Shown: positions 9,970-20,201, numbered from the stretch's first letter. The stretch is DNA of 64,000 bases from Phycisphaerae bacterium (GCA_963666835.2 CAXXGO010000003.1:224001-288000), one strand, 5' to 3'. Made by a program: numbers and translations. Notes: generated by a model from the sequence alone, not told the origin.

Positions 9970-12900
9970 TTACTCCACCATGCGGGTGTTGTAGTTATGG
10001 CGGTAACGCTCGTGGAGTTCGTCGTCGGGGTAATGCTCGCTTGCCGGGTAGGGATAGCTGCTCATACTGCGGAAGGGGAGTGGTTCGATTCCATCCGGCG
10101 CGGCGGTGTAAAGGTCCATGTCTTTGCAGTATGCGTGCGAGACCAGGATGAAACTCCGAGTCATTCCGGGCTGCAGAGCAGGAGCACCGGCAGCGTCAAA
10201 CCGCAAGGCGATCTCGTCTCCGGTCCCGAGGATGACGTACCGGTCATCAAACTCGGCAAGAAGATCATCCACTGCACCGTATCGCGTGTATGCGCCCTGC
10301 GGAGTCTTGAATGACGAGGATGACTCGATGGTGTCATAAGAGTAGATGGTGGGGTGTCTTCCATCGGGGGAATACTCCAGGGGGAATCCGAGCCGCCGCA
10401 GCTCCGCGCCGGTTAGCGGCACCGGTGTGACGGTCAGTTCATCGACTCCACCGTTTCTTGCGATGAAGAGCTGGTCGAAGTAGATCTCCAGGTTCGTGGA
10501 GATGCGTAACCGGCAGTGATCCGGCCGCAGCTTGCCCGTAACGTCCACGGTTATCATGCGTCCCAGACCACCCGGGGCTCCGGCGTCGGGGACGATCGTC
10601 TCCCACGTGCCGTCGGCCGTAAGCTGCTCGATTCTCATGGGGTCCCAGCCGACTTCGGCTTGGCTGGCCGCGTAAGTGGTCTGCGAATACGGGTACTCGA
10701 TCCAGCCATTGATGAACAAAAACACCTCGTCTTCGGATCCAAGGTGGGCGAGACGGTCGGCGAAATCCAACTCCAGGGAGTGGGGGTGACAGAACCCGAC
10801 AAACCGGTGATCGAGGTCGGGCTGGTACGCATACAGCCGGTCGACCTTCTCGAGTTTGGCCGTGCAGATCTCTCCACCCGGAGCGATGCCGGTTACGGGA
10901 AAGACCGGATCATCCGGACGGAGCAGCCGGTGAGTGGGGGGCGGACCTGTTATCGCCAGCCGTTCGTCGGGAAACACCGTTGTCCCGACCGGATGGTCAA
11001 CGGCGAGGAGCTCGAGGCGATCGATATAGGCGACTTCTTCCATTGGCTCAGCCAGGCGGAGCTCGTATAAGCCGTTGCGCTCCACCAGTTGCTCCGGCTC
11101 GATCTTGACGTGTTCAAGCACCTGCGGCGGGGCGTACACTCCCGGTGCGGCCAGGTATCCGACCCCGCCGACCCCCGCGAAATCGCTAATGAACCCAAAG
11201 TGCGTGCCGTTCCAGGCAAACAACACCGGGCAACTCGACACCCGACGTTCCATCTCGCTAATCTGCACGTGAGTCGACGCCGCCAGTCGGGCCTCGTATT
11301 GCGTCACACCGTCAGGCCAGCGGAATCCGAGGAAGTCAGCCCGCGATGCCCCGTTTAGGCCGAACACCACCGGCACGCGCGACTGGCTGAGCCCTCCAGC
11401 CAGGCCGGTGTATGTAAAAACCTGGCGATGCACTCCGGAGTGCAGGGTCATCTTGGCTCCGAACCCGCTGGCCGGGCTGCGCATCCGGCGATCGTCTCCT
11501 CCTCGATCACCGCGCGGAGTGACCTTCAGCCAGTGGGCCGGCGGATCCAGCTTCGTCGTTACTATGTCGATCCGCCCGTCCGCCCCCGGGAGAATCCTAA
11601 GAACATCCGGCACGCCGTCTCCGCTCAGGTCCACCAGCTCACTTCCCAGGATGGCAGCACCCGCGCGGTTGGGCCAGACCTTGGTCTTGGGCGCGAAAAG
11701 CCCCCGGCCGTCGTTGAGCAGAACATGGCCGTCCGGAGTGAACACGGCGATGTCGAGATCGCCATCGAGGTCGATGTCCGCAACTCTGGTGGTCTGGACG
11801 TCGCCCCACGATGAAACCGCCGCGATGCAGCCGTCGAATTGCCCGCTTGGAGCAAGCGACTCCGTGCCGTCTGAGAGCAGAAGCTGCCCCGGCGATTCTT
11901 GTCCAGGCAGAAGCAACAGGTCCGGCTGCCCGTCGCCGTTGAAATCCTGTGCAACGCCGCCCCGGTGACCGGTGACCGGTTCGGCGGTGATCTTCCCTTC
12001 GTGGTATTCACCGAGTCGATCGTTGAAGAAGACCCGCGCCGGGGCGTTTTCGTAGAAGGCTATCAGGTCCGTGTCGCGATCGTCATCGAGGTCGATCGGC
12101 GCGAGCATAACCCCTGATTGGGTGGGCCGATTGGGGTCGGCGAGCGGAGCGAGGTCCGTGAAAGTCCCGTCGGCATTGTTGTTGAGCAATTGGTCGGCCG
12201 TCGGGGAGCCGTCGTCAACGGATAGGGCGTTGACTACGTAGACGTCCAAGTCGCCGTCGTGATCCGCATCCAGGAATACGGCGGACATTGTAATTGTGTT
12301 CGGACCGCCGGTTCCGGTGCTCTTGGTGACGTCCTCGAAGGTGCCGTCCCCGCGACCGCGATACAGTCGGTTCGGTCCGACACATGCTACGAACAGATCT
12401 ACGATGTTGTCATTGTCGTAATCGCCGAATGCTACGGCCATTACGTCGCGTACATCGAGCAACTCGGAGTTGGAGGTCGCGTCGGTAAACCCCTCATCCG
12501 GGTTGCCCAGAAGAAGCTGAAGCCCCTGATGCCCATCGCGGATCACGGCATTCGTTAGAAGATCGAGCACCCCGTCTCCGTTAACGTCCCCCAACGCAAC
12601 CTGCGCTTGGAAGTCGGAAGCTGCGATCGCGCCGGCGTTACCGAAGGGGGCGACGGGCGAGGCTTGGGCTATCGTGCGTACGGTGCCGCTGGACAGCTCC
12701 CCACCGGCTAAACCGTGCTCGGCCCGGACGGTGATCGGTTGGACGGTGGCGAGCGGGCCCATCTGGTTGTAGTTGGGCATCACCACCTTGTCGGCGAGGG
12801 GGCTCTCGCGAAGTCTGACGAAGCGCTCCTTGTAGGTTTGCGCTGTCTCCCGATCGCCCTCCTGACGCGCCACGCGCATCAGATCGTAGTATGCGCTAAC

Positions 12901-13434
12901 CAGCGCGGGGTTTTCCTGAACACTTCGTTCCAGATCTGCCCGGCAGGGTTGTCCCAGGTGCGATTTACTGCGGGCCAACAGGTACCACGCGCAGGCATCA
13001 TGGGGCACCTTCTGCAACGCTTGCTCAAAACAGCGAACGGCTTCCTCGTCTTGTCCCCGGTATTGGTGAGTGATACCTCTGAAATACAGAGCCCGAACGT
13101 TATCTGGTTCCTGTTTGAGGACGGCGTCCAGGAGTTCCTCGCCGCGTTCTAGATCGCCTTTGGCACTGCGGTTGTACATGGCGATGGCGAGGTTAATCTG
13201 CCCTTCCGGAGATCCCGGAGACAGCTTGTAAACCTGCTCAAAGACCTCAACCGCTTTGGCGTAGTCGTACTGCTCCATTAGGGCCACACCATGGTTGGTC
13301 AGGCGGACTACGGGGTCGGAAGTTCGCCAACCGTCGCTGGACTGGGGGACGGGTTCAGCGGCAGGTGCGAGAGTCACGGCCCAAGGCAGACAATAGGCCA
13401 AGACGATTATCAACATACATAATCCGAAACGCAC
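9970..13434 (-). CDS. TPR + FG-GAP/CRTAC1 + ASPIC/UnbV-like secreted protein with large C-terminal extension
   Basis: Signal peptide; TPRs; repeated DxN/DxDGxxD Ca-loops; ASPIC/UnbV (GLSQS..VFGL..WPDG); SSCPVLFAWNG and KDMD C-terminal motifs; GTG start after GAGGAG. Confidence 0.85.
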   Translation of the reverse strand: MRFGLCMLIIVLAYCLPWAVTLAPAAEPVPQSSDGWRTSDPVVRLTNHGVALMEQYDYAKAVEVFEQVYKLSPGSPEGQINLAIAMYNRSAKGDLERGEELLDAVLKQEPDNVRALYFRGITHQYRGQDEEAVRCFEQALQKVPHDACAWYLLARSKSHLGQPCRADLERSVQENPALVSAYYDLMRVARQEGDRETAQTYKERFVRLRESPLADKVVMPNYNQMGPLATVQPITVRAEHGLAGGELSSGTVRTIAQASPVAPFGNAGAIAASDFQAQVALGDVNGDGVLDLLTNAVIRDGHQGLQLLLGNPDEGFTDATSNSELLDVRDVMAVAFGDYDNDNIVDLFVACVGPNRLYRGRGDGTFEDVTKSTGTGGPNTITMSAVFLDADHDGDLDVYVVNALSVDDGSPTADQLLNNNADGTFTDLAPLADPNRPTQSGVMLAPIDLDDDRDTDLIAFYENAPARVFFNDRLGEYHEGKITAEPVTGHRGGVAQDFNGDGQPDLLLLPGQESPGQLLLSDGTESLAPSGQFDGCIAAVSSWGDVQTTRVADIDLDGDLDIAVFTPDGHVLLNDGRGLFAPKTKVWPNRAGAAILGSELVDLSGDGVPDVLRILPGADGRIDIVTTKLDPPAHWLKVTPRGDRGGDDRRMRSPASGFGAKMTLHSGVHRQVFTYTGLAGGLSQSRVPVVFGLNGASRADFLGFRWPDGVTQYEARLAASTHVQISEMERRVSSCPVLFAWNGTHFGFISDFAGVGGVGYLAAPGVYAPPQVLEHVKIEPEQLVERNGLYELRLAEPMEEVAYIDRLELLAVDHPVGTTVFPDERLAITGPPPTHRLLRPDDPVFPVTGIAPGGEICTAKLEKVDRLYAYQPDLDHRFVGFCHPHSLELDFADRLAHLGSEDEVFLFINGWIEYPYSQTTYAASQAEVGWDPMRIEQLTADGTWETIVPDAGAPGGLGRMITVDVTGKLRPDHCRLRISTNLEIYFDQLFIARNGGVDELTVTPVPLTGAELRRLGFPLEYSPDGRHPTIYSYDTIESSSSFKTPQGAYTRYGAVDDLLAEFDDRYVILGTGDEIALRFDAAGAPALQPGMTRSFILVSHAYCKDMDLYTAAPDGIEPLPFRSMSSYPYPASEHYPDDELHERYRHNYNTRMVE

Positions 13435-13564
13435 GGTTGCGGTCTCCTCACTAATGGTACGACAGCCCAAGGAACTTGCGCTTCGCATTGCCGGCCCAAA
13501 CCCGGACCCGATGGGCGGTGCGGGATGAAGCAGAGACTACATCCGGCGCTGATCCCAATCAGGA

Positions 13565-14269
13565 TCACCGGACCCGGACCGGACGCTGCGTTACGGGAGG
13601 CAGCGGGCCGAAGATACGGTCGATGTCGTGGATAATCCGGACAACCCGCCGGCGGTCGCGCACCGCGTGGAATTCGCCCGACAGTTCCGCCCGTTTGAAG
13701 AAATCACTGCTGGAAGTCAAACGGCGAGTCGGCTTGAGCAGGGCTGACTCCAACGTGCCGTTCAGCGTATCCTGTTGCGGGTTGTGCTTGAAGAAGACTG
13801 AGCCTCCACCTTCAAACGTCGCGCCGATCGGGCCGCTGACTACGCCGTACAGCACCTTTCCGTTGATCTGCGTGCGGTCCGCAACCGTGCTTCCGGGGAT
13901 GGAGTGCCACATGGTCCGAAGGTGGATTATCTGCGTGATTTCCTGATCGGCGTCGGTGATACTCGGCTCCGTGCGACGCAGGACGATGTCGACATTGTCA
14001 AGTTCGTCGATGCTGTAGTAGGCTTCTTCGAAGGACTCTTGATACTGTTTCGTCGGCCCGGATTCGCGATAGTCGACGATTGTGAATTCCGCTGTGCGCG
14101 TCGAACAGCCGCCCACCGCCAGAGTCAACGCGACGCCAACGCCGAGGGATCGCGTGCTCCAGGCGCAGATCGCGGTTCGCCTGACCGTGAAGGTTCGGAT
14201 CACCTTGGTTGCTCCTGAGTTGTGGGTTAAATCACCGCACCAACCCGGACGATAGCCCACGGCATGCAC
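13565..14269 (-). CDS. Hypothetical lipoprotein (true start probably ~14203)
   Basis: Hydrophobic stretch ending VGGC; beta-rich mature part. Confidence 0.65.
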   Translation of the reverse strand: MHAVGYRPGWCGDLTHNSGATKVIRTFTVRRTAICAWSTRSLGVGVALTLAVGGCSTRTAEFTIVDYRESGPTKQYQESFEEAYYSIDELDNVDIVLRRTEPSITDADQEITQIIHLRTMWHSIPGSTVADRTQINGKVLYGVVSGPIGATFEGGGSVFFKHNPQQDTLNGTLESALLKPTRRLTSSSDFFKRAELSGEFHAVRDRRRVVRIIHDIDRIFGPLPPVTQRPVRVR

Positions 14270-14467
14270 AGCGTCAATTCGGGGTCATGGCCTTCGCCGG
14301 TTACGCGGAGTAGCTTTCAAAAACGGTGAAACATCCCCGCCCAGACCTTGCGCGATCTGGAGAGTACGCCGCAGCGCGCTATAATCCCGGGCTCGACACA
14401 AGCGTGGGTCCGCGTTGCGGGCCAGCGGTTTCCTGAGCTTAAGAGAACATCGGTGGACGTGAAACCC

Positions 14468-15259
14468 ATGACATCGCCTTCGAAACGGCGGCTCGGTGTG
14501 GTCTCGTTTCTTAATGCCAGGCCTCTGATCGCCGGTATGGATCGCGCCGCAGATATCGAATTAGTGTTTGATGTGCCGGCGCGCTTGCCGGCCCTTGTGG
14601 ACGAGGATCGGGTCGACGCCGCCCTGGTGCCCGTCGTCGATCTTGTACGTGGTGATCGATCCTGGAAGATAATCTCCGACGCATGTATCGGAAGTGATGG
14701 TGAAACGCTGACCGTACGTGTTTTCTCTCGGGTACCGGCCGCGGACGTCCGAGTGCTGCGGGTGGACTGCGATTCACACACATCGGTCATCCTTGCCGCG
14801 ATACTCTGGCGGGAGCTGTACGGAGTCTCGTTGGACATGGTTACGTTTACCGAGGACGTGGCGGGTGGGGATTGCGAGGCCGTCTTGCTGATTGGAGACA
14901 AGGTCGTAAGCCACCGTCTCAGAGGCTACCCGTTCGAAACCGACCTGGGCGCGGCGTGGAAATCACTGACGGATCTGCCGTTCGTCTTTGCCGTGTGGGC
15001 GACGCGGCAGGCGGAGCTGCATGACGGATTGGCGGAACGTCTCTCGCGGGCTCGCGATGAGGGGGTCGGCATAGCGGATTCGCTCGCCGCCACATTTGGC
15101 CCCGAGAAAGGCTGGCCGGTTGAGTTGGCAAGGCAGTATCTTTCGGAGCGGATGAAGTATACGCTGGGTGAGCGACAGCGGGCCGGAATGGTACGCTTCA
15201 TCGAGCTGGCTAAGGCAGCCGACCTGATCGTCCCCGGAAGGGAGCTGATATTTGCATGA
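14468..15259 (+). CDS. mqnA: Chorismate dehydratase (futalosine menaquinone pathway)
   Basis: VSFLNARPL, SHTSV, LLIGD, DLGAAW..TDLPFVFAVW motifs; overlaps mqnC. Confidence 0.92.
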   Translation: MTSPSKRRLGVVSFLNARPLIAGMDRAADIELVFDVPARLPALVDEDRVDAALVPVVDLVRGDRSWKIISDACIGSDGETLTVRVFSRVPAADVRVLRVDCDSHTSVILAAILWRELYGVSLDMVTFTEDVAGGDCEAVLLIGDKVVSHRLRGYPFETDLGAAWKSLTDLPFVFAVWATRQAELHDGLAERLSRARDEGVGIADSLAATFGPEKGWPVELARQYLSERMKYTLGERQRAGMVRFIELAKAADLIVPGRELIFA

Positions 15260-16428
15260 GTGGTCCGCTGGACATACCGGACGAAGCAGTTCTTGGGCGA
15301 GTAACGGATGCCGAAGCCCTGGCGATGCTCCAGGATTGCTCGATCCACGAGTTGGGACGTCGGGCGCATGAAATTACTATGCGGTTACACCCGGAGGAAT
15401 ACCGTACTTACGTGGTTGACCGCAACATCAACTACTCGAACTACTGCACCGCCGGCTGTACGTTCTGTAACTTCAGCGTGAATCCGTCGTCGCGCTCCGG
15501 TGAGCGGGACGATGGGGTGAAGGGCTACGTTCTTTCCACTGAGCAGATCGGTCGCAAGATTGAAGATCTGCTGGAGATTGGCGGGACGCAGATCTTGCTT
15601 CAAGGCGGGCTTGTTCCGGCGGAGATGCTGCCGTTTGAGTGGTATCTGGAGCTTCTTCGTTTCATCAAGCGCGAGTATCCCGGCATTCACGTTCATGCGT
15701 TCAGCCCGCCCGAGGTGCATGCGTTCCACCGGATCTTCGGGATGACGGTTCGCGATGTGCTGCGTCGACTACAGGATGCGGGGCTCGATACGATTCCCGG
15801 CGGCGGCGCGGAAATCCTGGTTGATCGGGTCCGACGCCGAACGGCGCCGGGGAAGGCATCGGTGGACGAGTATCTGGAGGTGATGCGGGAGGCCCACAAG
15901 ATCGGGATGCGTACGAGCATCACTATGATGTTCGGGCACCTCGAGACCATCCCCGAGCGGATTGAGCACCTGCGCAGGATCCGAGATCTTCAGGACGAAA
16001 CCGGTGGGTTTACGGCGTTTATCTGCTGGACCTTCCAGCCCGGTAACACCCTCCTCGGGCGGTTGGTACGAGCGGACGCGAGCGATAATGCGCTTGCGGA
16101 AGGCAGGCTGGGAGCCTGCGCTACAGAGGAACGCCTGGCTCTTGCAGATGCCCATGAGTACCTTCGCACGGTCTCGCTTGCTCGCATTTATCTTGACAAC
16201 GTGAAGAACATTCAGGCAAGCTGGGTAACTCAGGGGGTCGCGGTCGGCCAACTGGCTCTGTTCTTTGGCGCCAACGACATGGGCTCAGTAATGATGGAGG
16301 AGAATGTCGTCTCCGCTGCGGGGACGGTGTATTGCGCGTCCGAGCGGGAGATCAGGCGCGCGATTGAGGACGCCGGGTGGGCGCCGCGTAAGCGAGACTG
16401 CCTCTATCGAATTATTGAAGCAAATTAG
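15256..16428 (+). CDS. mqnC: Cyclic dehypoxanthinyl futalosine synthase (radical SAM)
   Basis: TYVVDRNINYSNYCTAGCTFC, ILLQGG, PGGGAEIL, QASWVTQG, FGANDMGSVMMEENVV. Confidence 0.92.
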   Translation: MSGPLDIPDEAVLGRVTDAEALAMLQDCSIHELGRRAHEITMRLHPEEYRTYVVDRNINYSNYCTAGCTFCNFSVNPSSRSGERDDGVKGYVLSTEQIGRKIEDLLEIGGTQILLQGGLVPAEMLPFEWYLELLRFIKREYPGIHVHAFSPPEVHAFHRIFGMTVRDVLRRLQDAGLDTIPGGGAEILVDRVRRRTAPGKASVDEYLEVMREAHKIGMRTSITMMFGHLETIPERIEHLRRIRDLQDETGGFTAFICWTFQPGNTLLGRLVRADASDNALAEGRLGACATEERLALADAHEYLRTVSLARIYLDNVKNIQASWVTQGVAVGQLALFFGANDMGSVMMEENVVSAAGTVYCASEREIRRAIEDAGWAPRKRDCLYRIIEAN

Positions 16429-16478
16429 AACCAAGAGCCGATGACGTAGGATTGTCGGTTTGGGCTGTTACGCCGACG

Positions 16479-16500
16479 AGAGCATAAGCAGCTCTTTTTT
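16479..16500 (+). terminator. Probable intrinsic terminator after mqnC
   Basis: AGAGC-ataagca-GCTCT followed by a T run. Confidence 0.55.
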
Positions 16501-16796
16501 GTTGGCGTCCGGCCATGTTTATGTGCTAGATTATCGGCTATGGGCAGTTGGGCATGTGCCTGCGAGGTTAGTGCAGGGGGCGTCTAGGCCGTATCATCGG
16601 CTCAGGTAATGCTGCGTGCTGCGAAGACGCAGGCAGTTTGGAAGGTTTTAGGGAGGGGAGAGGACGGGATGTCCAGCGCGCCGGCGTTAATGTCGGCAGT
16701 GCGCTGAGCGGTTACCGGTTTTGCCGCCGTGGGTAGGGCCCTTCAGTGAAGGGGTCTGGTGCGGTGCCCCTTCTGTTTGGATACCGGCGTGTACCA

Positions 16797-17498
16797 ATGA
16801 CACATCTGGACACGATCTGGAATCAGGCTCGTGCGGACCTCGCTATTGTCACGGAACGTGGTGAGGAGGACATTTTCCTCTGGGAACATTCTGCACGGAT
16901 TGCGCGGATGGCATGCGCGATTTCCCGGCTTCCAGACGTCAAAAGGCTCTCGCCCGACGAGACGGCGGTAGGAGCGGCAGCACTCTATCACGAGGCGGCG
17001 TGGCGCCCCAGGATTCGGCAGGAAGAGGCGCGTCGTCAGGAGGTTCTCGTCCGGCAGACGCCTGACACGCACAGCGAGCAGAGTGCGATGATTATGGAGG
17101 CCAGCCTGGGCGGGATCGTAGATCGGGACTCGCTGGATCGCGCCGTGGTTGCGGTTCGTTCGCTCGGGGATCGGCATATCGAATCGCTCGAAGGTCAGAT
17201 TGTGGCGGAGGCGGACAATCTTGACGAGTTCGGGCTGGTCGGGCTCTGGACGGCCATTCGGCGCGGGGCGCTCGATGGCAAGGGCGTTCAGTCGGTTATT
17301 GATACCTGGCATCGCCGCAACGAGTATCAGTTCTGGACCGCACGGCTCAATGACTCGTTCCGGTTCGCGGCCGTTCGAAAGCTCGCCGAGGCGCGACTTG
17401 CCGAATACGAACGGCTCATGGAAGTGCTTGAGGATCAGCACCGAGGTGCCGATATAGAAGAAGCACTTTCGAAGGCTCTGCTGCATCCAGCGCCCTAG
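16797..17498 (+). CDS. HD-superfamily-like protein with HE in place of HD
   Basis: EHSARIA..AAALYHEA..H..S..EADNLD pattern. Confidence 0.7.
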   Translation: MTHLDTIWNQARADLAIVTERGEEDIFLWEHSARIARMACAISRLPDVKRLSPDETAVGAAALYHEAAWRPRIRQEEARRQEVLVRQTPDTHSEQSAMIMEASLGGIVDRDSLDRAVVAVRSLGDRHIESLEGQIVAEADNLDEFGLVGLWTAIRRGALDGKGVQSVIDTWHRRNEYQFWTARLNDSFRFAAVRKLAEARLAEYERLMEVLEDQHRGADIEEALSKALLHPAP

Positions 17499-17568
17499 CT
17501 GACACGTCGGGGGCTTATCTAGGCAAGGGACGCATGAGCGGTGTGGCGAGTGCCGGGAGGTAGCGGTG

Positions 17569-17712
17569 ATGCATCATCATGATTGCGTAATACACTGGCG
17601 GACAACGTCGCACCGGCTGGATCGCCTTACTTGGGTCGTTGGCACTATGGTGTTCCTCCTCAGCCTGCTAACGGTCTACTGGATCGCCGTGGCGGCCTGC
17701 AGCCAGAACTGA
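17569..17712 (+). CDS. Small single-TM protein, 47 aa (absent from ORF track)
   Basis: GGGAGG RBS; MHHHDCVIHWRTTSHRLDRLTWVVGTMVFLLSLLTVYWIAVAACSQN. Confidence 0.5.
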   Translation: MHHHDCVIHWRTTSHRLDRLTWVVGTMVFLLSLLTVYWIAVAACSQN

Positions 17713-17975
17713 GGCATTAGGCGCCGGGCCGTTTGTCCTCGCCGAGCCGACGGCAATCGTGCTCAGTTCCAGGGCACCCCCAGCCAAGCGTCGTTGATGG
17801 CCCACCCCAGAGAACAGAACTCCCCACGCCTTCCGGTAGGATGACCAACTTACTGCGACTCATCGGAAATGGGGCTGTAGCCCGATAAGGGATGTTGTCT
17901 AACGTGTAACGGCAGTGGTACCGCCTCGGTGCGGGGCGGGATAGCCATGTTGCCGGGTCCCGGAAAGGAGACGTT

Positions 17976-18065
17976 ATGTCGCAGCAGTTCATGTGGTTTC
18001 TTCTTGTCGCCGCGGTGTTCTACGGTTTCATCTTCACGTATGTGGTGGAGTGGCCGCTTACGTAG
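17976..18065 (+). CDS. Small single-TM protein, 29 aa (absent from ORF track)
   Basis: AAAGGAG RBS 5 nt before ATG; MSQQFMWFLLVAAVFYGFIFTYVVEWPLT. Confidence 0.6.
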   Translation: MSQQFMWFLLVAAVFYGFIFTYVVEWPLT

Positions 18066-18188
18066 ATCCTCGATCCGCGGACGCACTGGAATCGCCTTAT
18101 CTGACGATTTCTGACATTTCGATGGCAGAATGTGTGGGTGGTTTGCGTCCCGGGCTGAGCTTTCGCCTTTGAATCGGTTCAGGAGGTC

Positions 18189-18225
18189 GGGCGTAGCGCC
18201 GGCTATAGTGGCCGGCGCTACGCCC
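18189..18225. terminator. Perfect 15-bp hairpin between convergent genes (terminator or REP)
   Basis: GGGCGTAGCGCCGGC-tatagtg-GCCGGCGCTACGCCC. Confidence 0.6.
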
Positions 18226-18321
18226 TCGGTCTCGGAGGTACGGAAGACAGAGGCATCTCATCCCCTTATACGCGGTCGGGCCGTGAATGGCTGTATCTTG
18301 TTTGTAACGGTGGTAACGCCG

Positions 18322-18999
18322 TCAGGCTTTGCTGCGTTCGCGGGCTACGAGTCGATCCGCCAGCCGGGTGGGTTCCGGGAGCCGATACCGCCCGCAGCAC
18401 ATCAGCGTAATACGCACGGCTGCCTGCAAGGACAGGCGGTGGCCCACACTGACGAAAACCGGTTTGACACGATCGCGACTTCGCACGCACATGCCGATAG
18501 TCTCGCCGTTGTGCGTGATGACGGAGGTCGACCCCGAGGCCCTACCGGGCATTTGCGTTGTGCCGACCAGCAGGCTCTTGGCGCAACCCAAAGCCGGCCG
18601 ATCCAGAATGACCCCGACATGGCAGGCCAGACCGAACCGGCGGGGGTGGGCATACCCTTGGCCGTCAAACATGAAAACGTCGGGAACACTGCGCAGTCGG
18701 CGAATGACCGCCAGGATGGCGGGGGCTTCGCGAAACGAGAGAAGCCCGGGCACGTACGGAAAGCGCACGGGGCGCCGCACGACGTGTTGTTCAATCATCT
18801 TGGAGCTGGAAAGGTCCCACACGACCGCCCCGGCAATGCACTGCGTGCGGTCACGGGAGAAGGCCAAATCAGTTCCGGCAACCAATCTGACCTCGCTTGG
18901 GCTACCGGCGGCAATCACTTTGTCGGCCAGCTCGCGCTGGATGGCTATTGCCCGACGTGGGCTGACCGTCCAGCGGTGTGGTGAGCGGGGGACCTTCAC
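18322..18999 (-). CDS. nfi: Endonuclease V (deoxyinosine 3'-endonuclease)
   Basis: FPYVPGLLSFREAP, DGQGYAHPRRFGLACH, GCAKS, PVFVSVGH, YRLPEPTRLAD. Confidence 0.97.
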   Translation of the reverse strand: MKVPRSPHRWTVSPRRAIAIQRELADKVIAAGSPSEVRLVAGTDLAFSRDRTQCIAGAVVWDLSSSKMIEQHVVRRPVRFPYVPGLLSFREAPAILAVIRRLRSVPDVFMFDGQGYAHPRRFGLACHVGVILDRPALGCAKSLLVGTTQMPGRASGSTSVITHNGETIGMCVRSRDRVKPVFVSVGHRLSLQAAVRITLMCCGRYRLPEPTRLADRLVARERSKA

Positions 19000-19058
19000 G
19001 TTACTACCTCGGTAATCTCGGACTGGACATCATAAGGGGCCGGCGCCGAGCGCCGACC

Positions 19059-20201
19059 CTATTCCGCGTCGAGCAGGCCCAGGAGTTCGTATCGATCTCC
19101 AAGCGTTACGACCGTCTTCCGCTTCACCGTTCTGCGAAGATAGGTCATCGCCACTTCCGAACCGGCGGGATAATACTGCACAAGGCGAATAAGGTGGTCG
19201 CGGCTTTCGACGGGGACGTCGTCAACGGTGAGGATGATGTCACCCGGTTTGAGCCCGGCTTTGGCTGCCGGCCCGTTGCGTACGCTCAGGTCGGTGATCT
19301 TGGCACCGCGGCAGACCCGTCCGTCAACCACGCGGCGGACTCGTCTGGTTCGAACATCCTCAATGGTGACCCCCATGAAACCGTAACGCGGGGTCTTTCC
19401 GGCTTGGAGGGTCTCGATGATCCCGCGCGTGTTCTTGTCAATCGGGATGGCGAAACCCGTGCCCTCATTCACCCCGGAGTTTGTTTCGATTGCTGTGATG
19501 ACCCCAATCACCTCGCCGTCGATATTGAACAGCGGGCCGCCGCTGTTGCCGGGATTAATAGCGCAAGTCGCCTCGATCAGGTATCCGTAATACTGGATGT
19601 CCGGATTCACCGCGAGCCGTTCCTGGAGAGACCGGCCGATGGCGCTTATGGTGCCGAAGGTCACGGACATGTGCCCGTTGTCGTTGGCCAGCCCGAAGGG
19701 ATTGCCGACCGCAAAGGTCCACTCGTTCACCTTGACATCGGCAAGATCGCCCCAGCACACGGTTGGCAAATCGGTTGCCTCGATCTTCAGCACGGCCAAG
19801 TCGCTCCGCAGATCGGCCTTGATCAAGTCGGCGTCGTACGAGCTACCATTGTCCAGGACGACGGTAAAGTGGTTCGCGTCCTCCAGGACGTGCCGGTTGG
19901 TGGCGATGTATCCGTCGGTACTGATTATCATCCCGCTGCCCTGGTTGATCGGTTCGCGCAGAAGGGTTCCGCTGTGATCCGCCCGTTCGTGGACGTAGTG
20001 CGTGCGGATGGCTACCACTTCCGGCCGCACCTGCTCCGCCAGTCGAACGAAGGCCTGTTCGAGGGCCTTGAGGTCCGCTAACTCGTATTTGGGGGGCAAT
20101 TGGGCGAACGCGACGTTTCCGACCACGACGCACAGCGCCAGGATCAAGGCCGGGAAACACCGCGTGAGGACCGGTTTCTGTGCTACGCACCGTGAGTTCA
20201 T
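19059..20201 (-). CDS. HtrA/DegP-family serine protease with one PDZ domain
   Basis: GSG, TNRHV, DLAVLKI, INPGNSGGPL; PDZ GPAAKAGLKPGD; signal peptide from MNSRC. Confidence 0.92.
   Translation of the reverse strand: MNSRCVAQKPVLTRCFPALILALCVVVGNVAFAQLPPKYELADLKALEQAFVRLAEQVRPEVVAIRTHYVHERADHSGTLLREPINQGSGMIISTDGYIATNRHVLEDANHFTVVLDNGSSYDADLIKADLRSDLAVLKIEATDLPTVCWGDLADVKVNEWTFAVGNPFGLANDNGHMSVTFGTISAIGRSLQERLAVNPDIQYYGYLIEATCAINPGNSGGPLFNIDGEVIGVITAIETNSGVNEGTGFAIPIDKNTRGIIETLQAGKTPRYGFMGVTIEDVRTRRVRRVVDGRVCRGAKITDLSVRNGPAAKAGLKPGDIILTVDDVPVESRDHLIRLVQYYPAGSEVAMTYLRRTVKRKTVVTLGDRYELLGLLDAE

Noticed and set aside
16669..16707. 12-aa uORF MSSAPALMSAVR after a purine-rich tract
   Set aside because: Too short, with no regulatory codon run; cannot be distinguished from chance.
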